DNA of 64,000 nucleotides from Octopus sinensis (lineage: Eukaryota), in contig NC_043003.1 in the NCBI RefSeq assembly GCF_006345805.1, positions 68,758,001-68,822,000 of the forward strand, read 5' to 3'. Numbering within the stretch: the stretch's first letter is position 1; each line of letters opens with the position of its first letter. Both the position numbers and the translations under genes were made by a program. Shown here piece after piece: positions 1 through 11,960 of the stretch. The notes beneath the pieces were generated by a model that searched no databases, was not told the DNA's origin, and saw only the letters and a program-made list of their open reading frames with translations.

Positions 1-407
1 AGATAGAGAAAGAGAGAGAGAGAGAGAGAGAGATTTAGAGGTAATACTAAATGAGTCCCCTTTATAAATTGTATAGAATGAATAGTTACAATTGGTAAAG
101 CATAGTTGGTTCCTGTACTGATTACAGTGTAATCAATAAATAAATGGACAGAACATCTGAGAATCAGTCCGCAAACATGTTCTGACAATACAGTTCGTTC
201 GACAACTATTTGATATGTATAGGTTTGTAGAATATATTTGCTACTCTGATCAAACAAATACATATACACACACACACATACATACATACACACACGCGCA
301 GACACACACACACACACAACACACATATATATATATACATGTATAATAATGTTTAAGCATATATATATACATACACGCACATACATAAAAACTGAAGCAG
401 AGAGATG

Positions 408-447
<40 letters not shown>

Positions 448-545
448 GTGTGTTTTGTGTGTGTGATGTGTACAAATGAACGTATGACTGCTTCTTTTAA
501 CTTTAGAGCTCCACGTGGATTATCACCGTTCAATCTGCTTCCAGT

Positions 546-950
546 ATACTCTTTACTCTTTTACTTGTTTCAGTCATTTGACTGCGGCCATGCCGGAGCA
601 CCGCCTTTAGTCGAACAAATCGACCCCGGGACATATTCTTTGTAAGCCTCGTATTTATTCTAACGGTCTCTTTTGCCGAACCGCTAGATGACGGGGACGT
701 AAACACACCTGCATCGGTTGTCAAACAATGCTAGGGGGACAAACACAGACACACAAACATACACACACATACATATAAAAATATACATATATACGACAGG
801 CTTCTTTCAGTTTCCGTTTACCAAATCCACTCACAAAGCATCGCGAGGTTATAGTAGAAGACACTTGCCCAAGATGCCACGCGGTGGGACTGAACCCGGA
901 ACCATGTGGTTGGTAAGCAAGCTACTTACCACACAGCCACCCCTGCGCCT
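546..950 (-). mobile_element. tRNA-derived SINE, family A (full length)
   Basis: Minus strand starts AGGCGCAGGGGTGGCTGTGTGGTAAG (A-box-like) and has GGTTCAGTCCC (B-box-like), CTTGGGCAAGTGTCTTCT core, internal (TA)/(TG) tract and a GACTGAAACAAGTAAAAGAGTAAAGAGTA tail; more than 12 related copies in window. Confidence 0.9.
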
Positions 951-1325
951 GGTAGTTAGGCAAATATGTTTAGGAGTAGTGTTTTCGTTTCGATCTCTGC
1001 ATTGGAACTTCGAAGTGCATTCGGGGGTTTAACTAAAACGGATCTTCAAGGAACACTTTATTGCATCATGTTACATAGAACTAATATCTGGAGTTGGATA
1101 AATTGCGAAACAGAGGAAGGTAAAGTGGAACGAAGAAACAAAGATAGGGGAAAGAGAAAAGTTAATAAAGGACAAAAAAAGAGAAACAGGGATGGGGAAA
1201 ATAGAAAAACAAGGTGAGATTGTAATTTGAGAAAGGAATAAAGAAAGGAAGCAAGGAAAAAGAAAACAGGACAACAATAAGGAGTAAATGAAAAAATAGT
1301 AAACAGTAAGAAATGATGTTCTATA

Positions 1326-1486
1326 TTAAAGAGACGAGGAATTATGTACATTATTTACATTTGACGGATATTTGTCCTTATCTTGTTTGTTAACACAACG
1401 TTTCGGCTGATGCACCCTCCAGCCTCCATCGGGTGTCTTGGGGAAATTTCGAAACTGGGTTCTCATTCCTAAGGTATTTTTCGATG

Positions 1487-1552
<66 letters not shown>

Positions 1553-1853
1553 TCACCGTCTGGAATCGAACTCAGAATCTTGGGGTTAGTAGCCCGCGCT
1601 GTTAACCACCACGGTCATATGGTGTAATGGTTAAGAGGTCGAGTTACTAACCCCGAGAATCCGAGTTCGATTCCAGGCTTGAATAATAATAAAAATAATA
1701 ACATCGAAAAATACCTAAGGAATGAGAACCCAGGTTCAAAACTTTCCCAAGAGACCTGATGAAGGCTAGAGAGTATATCAGCCGAAACGTTGTGTTAACA
1801 ACAAAGAAGATGGTGGAAACTATTTGTCAAATGTAAATAATGTAAATAATATA
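1326..1853. mobile_element. Palindromic non-autonomous element: two head-to-head copies of [tRNA-like head - (AAT)n - hammerhead ribozyme - 3' tail]
   Basis: Arms of about 230-290 bp inverted about CATATG (~1617-1622); each arm has A/B boxes (TGGTGTAATGG, GTTCGATTC), (AAT)n and a CTGATGA..GAAAC motif; 3 more copies in window. Confidence 0.85.
1751..1796 (+). ncRNA. Minimal type I hammerhead ribozyme
   Basis: CTGATGA 1756-1762, extra A, stem II GGCT(A/G)/CAGCC, GAAA 1784-1787, palindromic AACGTT stem III; family consensus stem I GACAC/GTGTT. Confidence 0.75.
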
Positions 1854-2739
1854 AATAAGTAAGAAATGATATTTAAGCAAAAATACGTGAAAATGAATAT
1901 ATTAATTAGCAGCTTGTGAGTGGATTTGGTAGACGGAAACTGAAAGAAGCCCATCGTATATATATATATATCTGAAGCTTCTCACTTTCAACACTCATGA
2001 TTCTCGTACCGACTATTTCTTTTCGAGTTTGTATATCCAAATGCAGGGTGGCACTTTATTAGTATCCGACTTGCTGTCCTTAGTGATAGACAGGAAACGT
2101 AGCCGAGATTCGGGATACTAAAGTTTTTCGACAGTCAACATATTATTTAAAACAGCGCGTGTGTGCGCGAAGGTATGTACTTTAGAGAGAGAACATAGAG
2201 TGAGATTGAAATAAAAAAAGCAAAGAGATAAAAAGCGACAGTGATCTCCAGACAAAATAAACATGTAGTGTATTTCTTTTCCTCTTCATTCTTTCCATTT
2301 TCACATATAACATCTTAAAGCTTCTTTATAGAATCAAATGATTAAATCAATACGGCATACCTTATCTCTACATAGTTCCTTACTTAAATCAACTGCAAAC
2401 GTGTTTGTTTTGTTTCTTATTTTGTTTGTTTTTGTTTAGCTAACATATTAGATTTCTTTATTGGTTCTGTTTATCTAGCTGAAGTGAACAGAGAGCAGAT
2501 TGTATGAATATCTTACCTAAATGTGATAAATTCTCTCTCTATCCAGATTAATATTTATATCTCATTCGTCTTTACACAAAGAACGGTCAACGTAAGGTGA
2601 CGAGGAAGTTTCTAACAGGGACACTTTAGCTACTGAAAATACGAACCAAATCTTCCTTAAATCACAATTTCCTGTCTTATAAGCTGCTTAGAAACTATTA
2701 TTTATACATGGCTCTGTCCTCTCGTCATCATCATCATCA

Positions 2740-2980
2740 ACAACCACTGGACTCATAGGGCCAGTTGTCTTGTTTCTATGGAGTATGAATAACCGAGATC
2801 ATTGAATTCCTTCTGAAGGAGATGCTGGTCCGTCACCGGCTTAGTCATGTATAGCTGACAGAACTGAGGCAACGGAAAATGAAGTGTCTTGCTCACGACG
2901 CACTGCTCGGTCAGAGATTCGAAACCATGACCGCTAGATCGTCAGTATAATACACTAACTAATCCGCAAAGCGACGCTCA
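2740..2980 (-). mobile_element. Degenerate tRNA-derived SINE related to family D
   Basis: Plus strand GAAGTGTCTTGCTCA and GATTCGAAACC are the reverse of the TGAGCAAGACACTT core and B-box. Confidence 0.6.
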
Positions 2981-3057
2981 TTCTCGGCACATGGTGGAAA
3001 TACGGAATCGTCATGGCTAGAACGACGTTGACCATATATTTGCTCAATATCAACAAT

Positions 3058-3213
3058 GCAGGCATGGTTGTGTGGTCATAAGTTTGCTTATCAACCACGG
3101 GATTCCGAGTTCAGTCCCACTGCTTGGAATCTCGGGAAAGTGTCTTGTAATATGATCTCGAACCAACCAAAGATTTGTGACTTGATTTGGTAGACGTAAA
3201 CTGAAAGAAACCC

Positions 3214-3259
<46 letters not shown>

Positions 3260-3525
3260 CCAACACACACGCACAAAACCATATACTCACGCGTGTGTGT
3301 GTCAGTGTGTGTGTCTGTGTTTGTGTGTGTATCTGTGTTTCCCCCTTCCACAGATTGATAACCAGTATAGGTGTGTTTACGTCTCTGTAACCAAGCGTGT
3401 CGTTAAAAGGGAAGATATAATAAATACAAAGTTCTACAAAGGGGAAGTACTGGGAGCGATTCGTAAGACTAAAATTCCACAGCATGGCCGCACTCTAATC
3501 AGTCAAACATGTAAAAGAAAAGAAC
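3058..3525 (+). mobile_element. SINE family A
   Basis: GCAGGCATGGTTGTGTGGTC head, GATTTGGTAGACGTAAACTGAAAGAA, internal (TA)n, CAGCATGGCCGCA tail. Confidence 0.85.
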
Positions 3526-5014
3526 GTTACAGCAGGCGCCTTTTGAGTAACATTGGAGAAATTGATGATCTGTATTTTTTCTCTCTTTTTCATCTTAGGC
3601 TGTCTATGGAGAATTAGAGTAAATAGCTTTCTTTTATTCCTCACTAAGTTTTATCACCTTCAGTAAGAGAGCAGGAGTATCGGATCTTTTCTATATGGCT
3701 GTTTAAATATTTGGTGTATTGACGTAATTTTCCATGCTGAAACTCAGGAGAGAATTCACTTTTTCCAGAAATTTATGTTTTAAAAGTTACAGAGGTTTAA
3801 AATTAAATCATTTTCACCCAGTCAGAAAACAGGATTTGGAAGTTGTCATTTCAGGTATGATGGCAACTGTTGTCAACAGTAAACAAATGAAATATTGGAG
3901 GAATTCTGCTTTATGCACGCCATATAACCCCTCATAATTATTTTACATTTTGGGGGATTTTCAGAACATTTTCGCGAATTTGTATTCTATACATGAGAAT
4001 TCATACGATTATGCAAACATGTAAAACTATTTGGGGGTACGTGATTCAAAACCTATTATTTTCAGCACATCTCACAAACACACTATACCACGTATTTTAA
4101 TCATTTAATAAACGAAAAATGACCACGTGTATTAACAGCTTAGTAACAGATTAGATTTTTACTATGGAAACACGTACCTATATGTTTGTGGCTTTCTATT
4201 CGCTAAAATATCCCTAAATTTGTAAAATGTAAAGGCTATTAACTCTTTATCTCTTGATTTATTACGAAAATGTCAATGATTACTTTAAAAACTACACCAA
4301 ACACAAAATATGAAATCAAATTGGAATAAAATTTGAAGAAATTGAAAAGTGGCAGCAAAACGGAAATGATCCGAAATATTCTCTCAATAAAACATAATAA
4401 AACATACCACAAGCTGTTTGATAAGATTAACATAGGCTGAGGGTTAAGGTTTTAAATTACAACACAACAAAGTTTCATATAACGATACATGCTACGAAAC
4501 ATTTAAGAAAGATATAGAAACGTGATGTGAATTTATACAATCGCCTTGTCAATATATATTCACGCCAATCTAACAAAATTACGATACATACAACATAGCA
4601 TGAAAGCTTATACCTAAGCTGTAAACACAGAACATATATGTGTAGTACTCACGAGATTCAATCTCCAGACGCTACTGCCTGGCAGTAAAGAGAAACTCAA
4701 TTATTAAAATATTATTATATTGTTATTCAGCAGCTTTATTTTATCAATATGCCGATGATAATTAAACAATGTTTTCCTTTCAAATTGCTATGTATTATTT
4801 TAAAACCGTATTGTTCAGATAATCATTATCATTTTGATACACATCACAGGATATCTTACAGATGCTGGTTTTCAAAGAATCTAGAAAATGAATTTCAAAA
4901 ACCCTACCAAGAATCCGTCGATTGCTGACTTCGAACGGTTCACGGTTTGCTGCGATGGTCATTAATTTTCAATGTACCTAAGCAATAAAGATATATATAT
5001 ATATTATATATATA

Positions 5015-5059
<45 letters not shown>

Positions 5060-5076
5060 GAGAGAGAGAGAGAGCA

Positions 5077-5450
5077 ATAAGAAAATGGAGGGGATCAATA
5101 GGTGGTTCATCAACTTTTAGACATTATATTATGTCAATTTATTATTTATTTTCAAAAATGACAATTACAAGAATCTACATACATATATAACATATTATGC
5201 TTTACATATAAAATATATTAATATATAAAGATACCCGTAATTATTAAAATATATCATGCAGGAATATAAATTGTGAAAATATCTTACAGCTGTTTCAGCC
5301 AAGAGGCAAAAATACCTCATTCTACCTTTATTGCTCCAGTAGACTGAAGTAATAAGTAGATGAAATTGAGGTACTTGTGTGTTTCTCTAGGCTTCGTCAG
5401 AGATTTTATAAAGTACTTAAGGTTAAGTTATAAATAAATAGATACACATT
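5077..5450 (-). mobile_element. Penelope-like pLTR fragment carrying a hammerhead, between microsatellites
   Basis: Contains the HHR at 5281-5404; flanked by (TA)n/(GA)n; terminus ATAAGAAAATGGAGG shared with 50115-50129. Confidence 0.6.
5281..5404 (-). ncRNA. Type I hammerhead ribozyme with very long stem II
   Basis: Minus strand: ATCT-CTGACGA-AGCCTAGAG...CTCTTGGCT-GAAA-CAGCTGTA^-AGAT; stem I ATCT/AGAT, palindromic stem III ACAGCTGT, GUA site. Confidence 0.8.
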
Positions 5451-5497
5451 TACATACTTATACATATACATATGCATACATATATAAATATACATAA

Positions 5498-5545
<48 letters not shown>

Positions 5546-6175
5546 TTAAATGTACATACATATTTACATTTATAAGCATAAACAATAATCAATTATTATT
5601 AATAATATTAGATGCATTATATTATTCATATTAGATAAAATATTAACAAAGGTATGAAGAAGTAATAAGAATAGTAATTTTGTATTCTATAAGATATATA
5701 TATATATAGAGAGAGAGAGAGAGGGGGTGAGGGGGAATGAAGGACACAGAAAATCATTGTGGTTAACCAATCGGATTCTGCAACGAATTAAGTTTGTATG
5801 TAGAGACCCCACTTTATACACATACATAAATACACAGAAGCACAAGTTGATATTCCCATACATGCATTCATTCATTCATTCATACATACGTATTCCATAT
5901 TTCTCTCTGGATATTATCCAGGAACTGATTTTATTGCAAGCACTTAACTATTTTCAGAAGAATGAAAATACGATAATCTAATGTGTTAATAGTTTATATA
6001 TCACTTGCCGAGAACCATGTAAGGTGAAGCAGTTCTAGATGAGACGGAAACTGCATCGTTTCGGATTTCAAACGTGACTGCCAATTCAATATACAGTTTA
6101 GTTCTTTCTCGCTTAGCAACGTCAGACATTTTGAACCATTAATCTGATTCAGTAAAGTAGTTGACTATGGAGGAT

Positions 6176-6178
6176 GAC

Positions 6179-6231
<53 letters not shown>

Positions 6232-6297
6232 CGATGATGATGATGATGATGATGATGACGACACCGATGATGATGATGACGACGACGACAACGATGT

Positions 6298-6334
<37 letters not shown>

Positions 6335-6356
6335 AAACATCATCATCATCATCATA
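6176..6356. repeat. (GAT)n/(CAT)n trinucleotide microsatellite
   Basis: Direct reading; explains the poly-D/M/I ORFs. Confidence 0.95.
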
Positions 6357-9169
6357 AGGCGAAGGTAGTGGCTGTGGTGGTGACGGTGATTATGATGATA
6401 ATGTTCATCATCGTCATTATCGTCGTCATCATCATCATCATTTACCTCTTGCTACTCCTCCTTCTCTTCGCCCTCCACCCAATGTCATCTTCGTGCTTTT
6501 GTTCTGAAGACCGTAATTTGTTTCCTTGTTTTTCTAATTATTTTTAATCAACCACACACGCATTTTCCTATTATCACTTTTCCGTTTTCACATTTTTCAA
6601 CGAAATGAAGTTACTTGAAAGCAACTTCTCAATATAAAAATATTTGCTTTCAATTATTTATGATTTAACAGTTCTTTTTCCATAATAAACTTGTTACATA
6701 ATCTCTACAGTAGAAATTGACATGTTTTCTTAATAATGATAGCTTCATTGTATTTCCTTCCAATATTTCCTACACTTTATAGGCTTTCGGTTTTAGAAAC
6801 TGATTAACGACTTTACTTTTGAAAGCAATTTTTATATATGAAAATATTCATTTATCGAAGCATAGCTGTTAAATTTTGTGGATATTAAGATATAAAATTT
6901 TAATGCTATATTCGTTAAAATTTTATGTCTTCTAATAAATCTGCACATTATTAGAGTTAAGTTTTAAATATGTATCTATTATTTTTACAGATTCACCTAA
7001 AACGAATGAATAACGGTTACGTGAGGCGTGTCTAGATTTACTATTTTAAATTTTTATGTATAGCATCATAAAATGTTATAAAATCTGATAGATCATTGCT
7101 CATACATCTCTTACATTTAATCCTAACATTTCAAATAGGGAGTACTTTGAATTAATTACTTCAAATGTAAATTATTTTGAAAGTTTTCGTTTTATTACAA
7201 CGATTACTTCAACTTTTCTCCAGTGGATAAAGAAGAAATTTTGTTGCTGATTTCAAAATGGTTTCGGTTTTTCAGCAATGCTTATAACATTTAACTTTAG
7301 AAAGTTTTAATATTTTACATAATTATAGTTGAAACATTATATATTTTTCTTAATATTTATCCAGTTCATTGGCATTTAATCATTTAACTAGAGTGCCTCC
7401 TATCCGTTCTGCTATGTTTGTGGCACTTTTACAACTAAAACACAACAAACTCTCACAGCGAATGTTATAAAAATATACCAGATAAAACTGGATTATCCCT
7501 TTGATGATCTTGACAACATGCATTAACTGTCATCTAAAATTTTCATCGTTGTTCTAACCATCGTAGCCTTAAAAAATAATAGAAATATTTACAAGGTCCC
7601 ACAATTTTCCTAATAAAAATTCAAAAGTAGCTAACATGTGGCCGAACTATAAATGAAATAATTCCGATGGAATTTGAATGACCTGTTAAAGGTTAATCAT
7701 CATGCTTTATTCATCTCACCAACATCTACCAATTACATTTGATTATACTAGCATTTCTATCAATAAAAGCAAGAAGATCTCTCTTGCCTTCATAGGCAAA
7801 TAAAAAGCTTAAATAGAAAAAAAAAACTGTTTCATGATGTTTGTTCCTCATTGATGTGTGGAATTCTCATTGAAATACAGCTGAGTTAAACTTCATTCTA
7901 AATATATCATTCATTCTGTTCGAGAAAATGATTTCTATATGCTATGTGTGCTTCTATTAACTATTGAAGTAAACATAATTCTTAAAACCACCAATTGGTA
8001 CCCACTGACACGTAAGGTCTAGACTAGAAATATGAACGAATTGTTCTCTAGACATTCACATTTCCAAGTAACATGGTATCGTCGCCGTGATTATGAAGAC
8101 AAATAATTGTGATAACATAATACCAAACTAAATTTGAAAGTTGATATGTTCTCGGTAAACGATAAAAATGAACGAATCACTGAATGGATAAAATCTTATT
8201 ATCTGTCAGTCATTACATTGATGCGAAGATAGATGAAGACAAATATATACTTAACACGAATAGATTTTATGTCAATCGAAAGAAAAAAACACGAACGAGA
8301 GGAGTATCAATTTACGTTATTTGATTCTCTCTGGAGGAAGGTCATAGTAAGAAGGACGTGTCGAAATTAGGATTAGGTATATTTATTTTACTAAATTTCT
8401 TATTAACATACAGAATATATAGTTTTAAATATCCTCGTATTCCTAAAAAGGAACAAAACTTTCAGATGTAATTGTCTGGGAAGTAACTGCATTAAAGCCT
8501 AGACTATGTTTACTCCTATAACACTGAGCAACAAAAAAATAATTGCAATGCTATTTAAACTTTTTCAGTTGATTTAAGGTAATTTTAGGCGCCTGAATCC
8601 GAACCTGACATCGGTTTTCAGACAGCACGTGTAGTTTTTACTTATTCACAGCATCAGATTTTCCAACCAACTGATAATATTGACAAAGTAGTAGGCTATT
8701 TGCTTTCAATTTTCATTCATATACTCATCGTTAAAACAAAAATAAGTGATGATATAAGCAAATGTAAGCTACCTGTTAAATTGCCACACAAGATGAGAAT
8801 TTATTTTACTTTGTTATCACTGTAATTATAGCAAAGTTCTCCTCACAGTAGGCTATTGATATTAGGCTATAGTAAGCCACTCAGACTCCCTTTTCTTGAT
8901 AACTGCTAGTACTGTTAAAATAAAGTACATAAAATAAGAGACCCGGGTTATATGAAAAGTAGTTTAATAGTAAGATTAGTCATTTATTAAAGTGATCCAT
9001 GTTTGAAATTTAAAGATGGGAAAATTTGCTTCGTGATAGCCATAGCTTCAATATATTCTATAATAATTTCAATGATGATTTTTGAGAAATACATTTTGAT
9101 GTTTTACAGTAACATTTACTGTTGATTAATTTCATATTTTAGTTTATTTTGTGAATGACTTTTTGAAAG

Positions 9170-9360
9170 CTTATAAGCAACTTGGGGCATGAATGTCTAA
9201 AAATTCATTTTCTCCGCTCTCATCTTGATTTTTTTTCCATCCAATATGGGTGATGTAAGCGATGAGCATGGTCAACGATTTCATCACGAAATCAAAGTGC
9301 CAGAAAGCCGCTACAGTGGCAGACTTACACTAAACATGCTAACGGGCTACTGTTCGTTTT
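9170..9360 (+). pseudogene. Chapaev3-like transposase C-terminal remnant
   Basis: FFPSNMGDVSDEHGQRFHHEIKVPESRYSGR...MLTGYC resembles the family motif FFPxNxGxVSDExGERFHQxIxxxExRYxG. Confidence 0.75.
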
Positions 9361-9713
9361 TAAAGCGAGGCACGAACACGCAGCATAAGAGTAAAAGAAG
9401 ACTCCAAAGCTATTTTGAAAAACATAAAGTCAATATCTACTTTGCACTTTTTTTTGTGTTTTATTGGTTTTAGAGCTATTTGTCCACCTAGTTGCTGTTG
9501 TTCTTATACTAAATAACAGTAAATTACGCTTAACATAACATTCACTTTATTTGTCATGAATTTTCGCATTATTGTAATTTTCATAGCAGTATAATAATGA
9601 TAGCGCAAAAACGTGACCTGCTACAGCAAAAGTGATTGCAGATTCGGAATCAGTGCTTCCAAATTACCTATGAGCAATATTTCGTCTAATAGTAGTAAAG
9701 CTTTTGTTACCTA

Positions 9714-9884
9714 GGCGCAGGAGTGGCTCTGTGGTAAGTAGCTTGCTTACCAACCACATGATTCTGGGGTCAGTCCCACTGCGTGGCACCTTGGGCAAGT
9801 GTCTTCTACTATAGCCTCGTGCCGACCAAAACCTTGTGAGTGGATTTGGTAGACGGAAACTGAAAGAAGCTCGTTGTATATGTG

Positions 9885-9925
<41 letters not shown>

Positions 9926-10028
9926 CACGTGATCACGTGACCGACCAGGCTATGAGATGTTACTACACAATGCGCTTCGCATTGTTTTAGCCTTCAAATG
10001 ACGCCACCCCTCTAGCTAATTGAGCAGG

Positions 10029-10068
<40 letters not shown>

Positions 10069-10136
10069 GTGGCTATACCATACCGGATCTATTTTTAGTA
10101 CTAGAGTCGACCACATAGTGGTTACTCTCTCATATT

Positions 10137-10195
<59 letters not shown>

Positions 10196-10497
10196 CATAA
10201 ATATGAGAGAGTAACCACTATGTGGTCGACTCTAGTACTATATTTATATATATATATATATATATATATGTTTGTGTGTGTGTATCAGTGTTTGTCCCCA
10301 CCTAACATCGCTTCATAACAGATGCTGGTGTGTTTAGGTCCCCGTAACTTAGCGGTTCGGCAAAAGAGACCGAAAGAATAAGTATTAGGCTTACAAAGAA
10401 TAAGTCCTGGGGTCGATTTGATTGACTAAAGGCGGTGCTCTAGCATGGCCGCAGTCAAATCACTGAAACGAATGAAAGAGTAAAAGAGTAAAAGAGT
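9714..10497 (+). mobile_element. SINE family A with nested insertions in its (TA)n
   Basis: GGCGCAGGAGTGGCTCTGTGGTAAG head; (AAAGAGTA)n tail; foreign pieces at 9921-10032 and 10066-10240. Confidence 0.9.
9921..10032 (-). mobile_element. 3' fragment of SINE family C
   Basis: CACGTGATCACGTGACCGACCAG...GCATTGTTTTAGCCTTC matches 16158-16255. Confidence 0.8.
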
Positions 10498-10529
10498 AGT
10501 GTAATTGGCCGTGATTTGGCCACCGATGG

Positions 10530-10645
10530 AGCAATTTGAAAATAGAATGTCTTGCTCAAAAATACAACACAGCCTGGTACGACAATCGAACTAACTACCT
10601 CAAGATTGTGAGCCCGATGCTTTAATCACTGAGGTATGTGCCTCC
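10530..10645 (-). mobile_element. tRNA-SINE 5' fragment (family D-like)
   Basis: TGTCTTGCTCAA core and AATCGAACT B-box, both in reverse. Confidence 0.55.
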
Positions 10646-10720
10646 CCACCCACACACACAAATACGCACACACACACATACACACACGCGCACGCACACA
10701 CATACACTCGCACACATATA

Positions 10721-11274
10721 AAGGGTCCGATGGGTAAATTGTCGCCATTTTATATTTTTGATTTCGTGCATGCGCATTGTTTGTTTTTGATTTTGTCAAC
10801 TATACAGTATAGTATCTACCATACAGTATAGTAGGGTAAGTTGGGCACCGTTTGTGAGGAAAACAGCACCATGACGCAATTCAGTCTTCCAGAAATTTGG
10901 AAACGATTTTCTGTACTGCTTAGCATTCACGCAGGAAGCTCCAATACAAACATTTCAGAATGTTTGGGTGTCAATCTGAGAACATGCACCGAAAGTGATA
11001 AAAATCAAACATCCAGTCAACATCATGTTGTTTAGAGTGGTCACTAGTGGTGGTGACCATATGCCTACATTAATCTTCCCCTACGGCCTCAGACTCAACA
11101 CAGAGGCCCACGTCAAGTGCCTATACAACACAAGCAGGAGAACCACATCACCTCTAACATCTTTCCACCTAACTCCCCAGACTGCAACCCCCTTGATTAC
11201 TATGTGTGATGCGCAGTTGAGCGAGAGACCAACAAAACTCCTTGTAACACCAAAGATGAACTGAAGACAAGGGT

Positions 11275-11280
<6 letters not shown>
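10721..11280 (+). mobile_element. Internally deleted Tc1/mariner-superfamily element, maT (DD37D)-like
   Basis: KHPVNIMLFRVVTSGGDHMP..FPYGLRLNTE and PPNSPDCNPLDYYV motifs; TA-rich flanks. Confidence 0.7.
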
Positions 11281-11315
<35 letters not shown>

Positions 11316-11319
<4 letters not shown>

Positions 11320-11625
11320 TTAATTTTAATTTTTTAAATGTTTCAGCTGCAAAACTGCGGTCCTACTCGAGCACTACCATTGAGTGAGCTACACCATTAT
11401 TTGGAACCTTTTCTAATATGTGGCATTTGGTCAATGAGGGAGTTTGATGCTGCTGCCCTCATCCGTGTTTCTTGCCGTGAGGTAGGCTCGTCGGGAACCC
11501 GTAACAGAAAGAGATCCAGTTTTATTTTAAAGACATTTACATCCACACCATGCATGTCTCTCAGGCATTTTGGAAGGATATCAAAGATCTGTGGGCCCTT
11601 GAAACCTTGTTCATTCCGATTACGA
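11316..11625 (-). mobile_element. 5'-truncated non-LTR retrotransposon (CR1/L2 group) 3' end
   Basis: GPQIFDILPKCLRDMHGVDVNVFKIKLDLFLLRVPDEPT..RAAASNSL ORF2 C-terminus, then short 3' UTR and A-rich tail. Confidence 0.8.
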
Positions 11626-11882
11626 ATGTTTAATAATTGAATGCTGTGAGTTAAAACCACAATTTTTTTTTCCTTCTTTTCAACATTTGTCTATTTATCA
11701 GCGAAGTCTGATATGAAATAATCTTTTGTTTTACTGCCATGTGACTTTTAGCCAATACTGTATATAGTCGTAGATCATGTTTGTCTACGTTGTAGACAGG
11801 AGAGTAACGTACATATCTTTACAGCCCATACATTTGCTCAAACATATGTGCACACATAGACATATACGTGTGTGTGTGTGTG

Positions 11883-11915
<33 letters not shown>

Positions 11916-11916
11916 T

Positions 11917-11960
<44 letters not shown>

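Larger units (their letters stand above)
8522..10501 (+). mobile_element. Chapaev3-type (CMC superfamily) DNA transposon, deleted, interrupted by a SINE
   Basis: Starts CACTGAGCAACAAAA; ends TTTTGTTACCTAG[SINE]TAGTG; TAA on both flanks (3-bp TSD); subterminal IR CTGAATCCGAA/TTCGGAATCAG; transposase remnant inside. Confidence 0.75.

Noticed and set aside
1553-1678. Functional tRNA genes
   Set aside because: A/B boxes and an anticodon-like arm are present, but there is no acceptor stem; these are element heads
6161-6547. Poly-Asp/His ORF that looks like an acidic biomineralisation protein
   Set aside because: Pure (GAT)n/(CAT)n microsatellite, open in several frames, with no splice or signal evidence
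6600-7700. Possible decayed transposase on the minus strand (..IAERIGGTLVK..)
   Set aside because: Too many stops and only one weak motif; cannot be assigned
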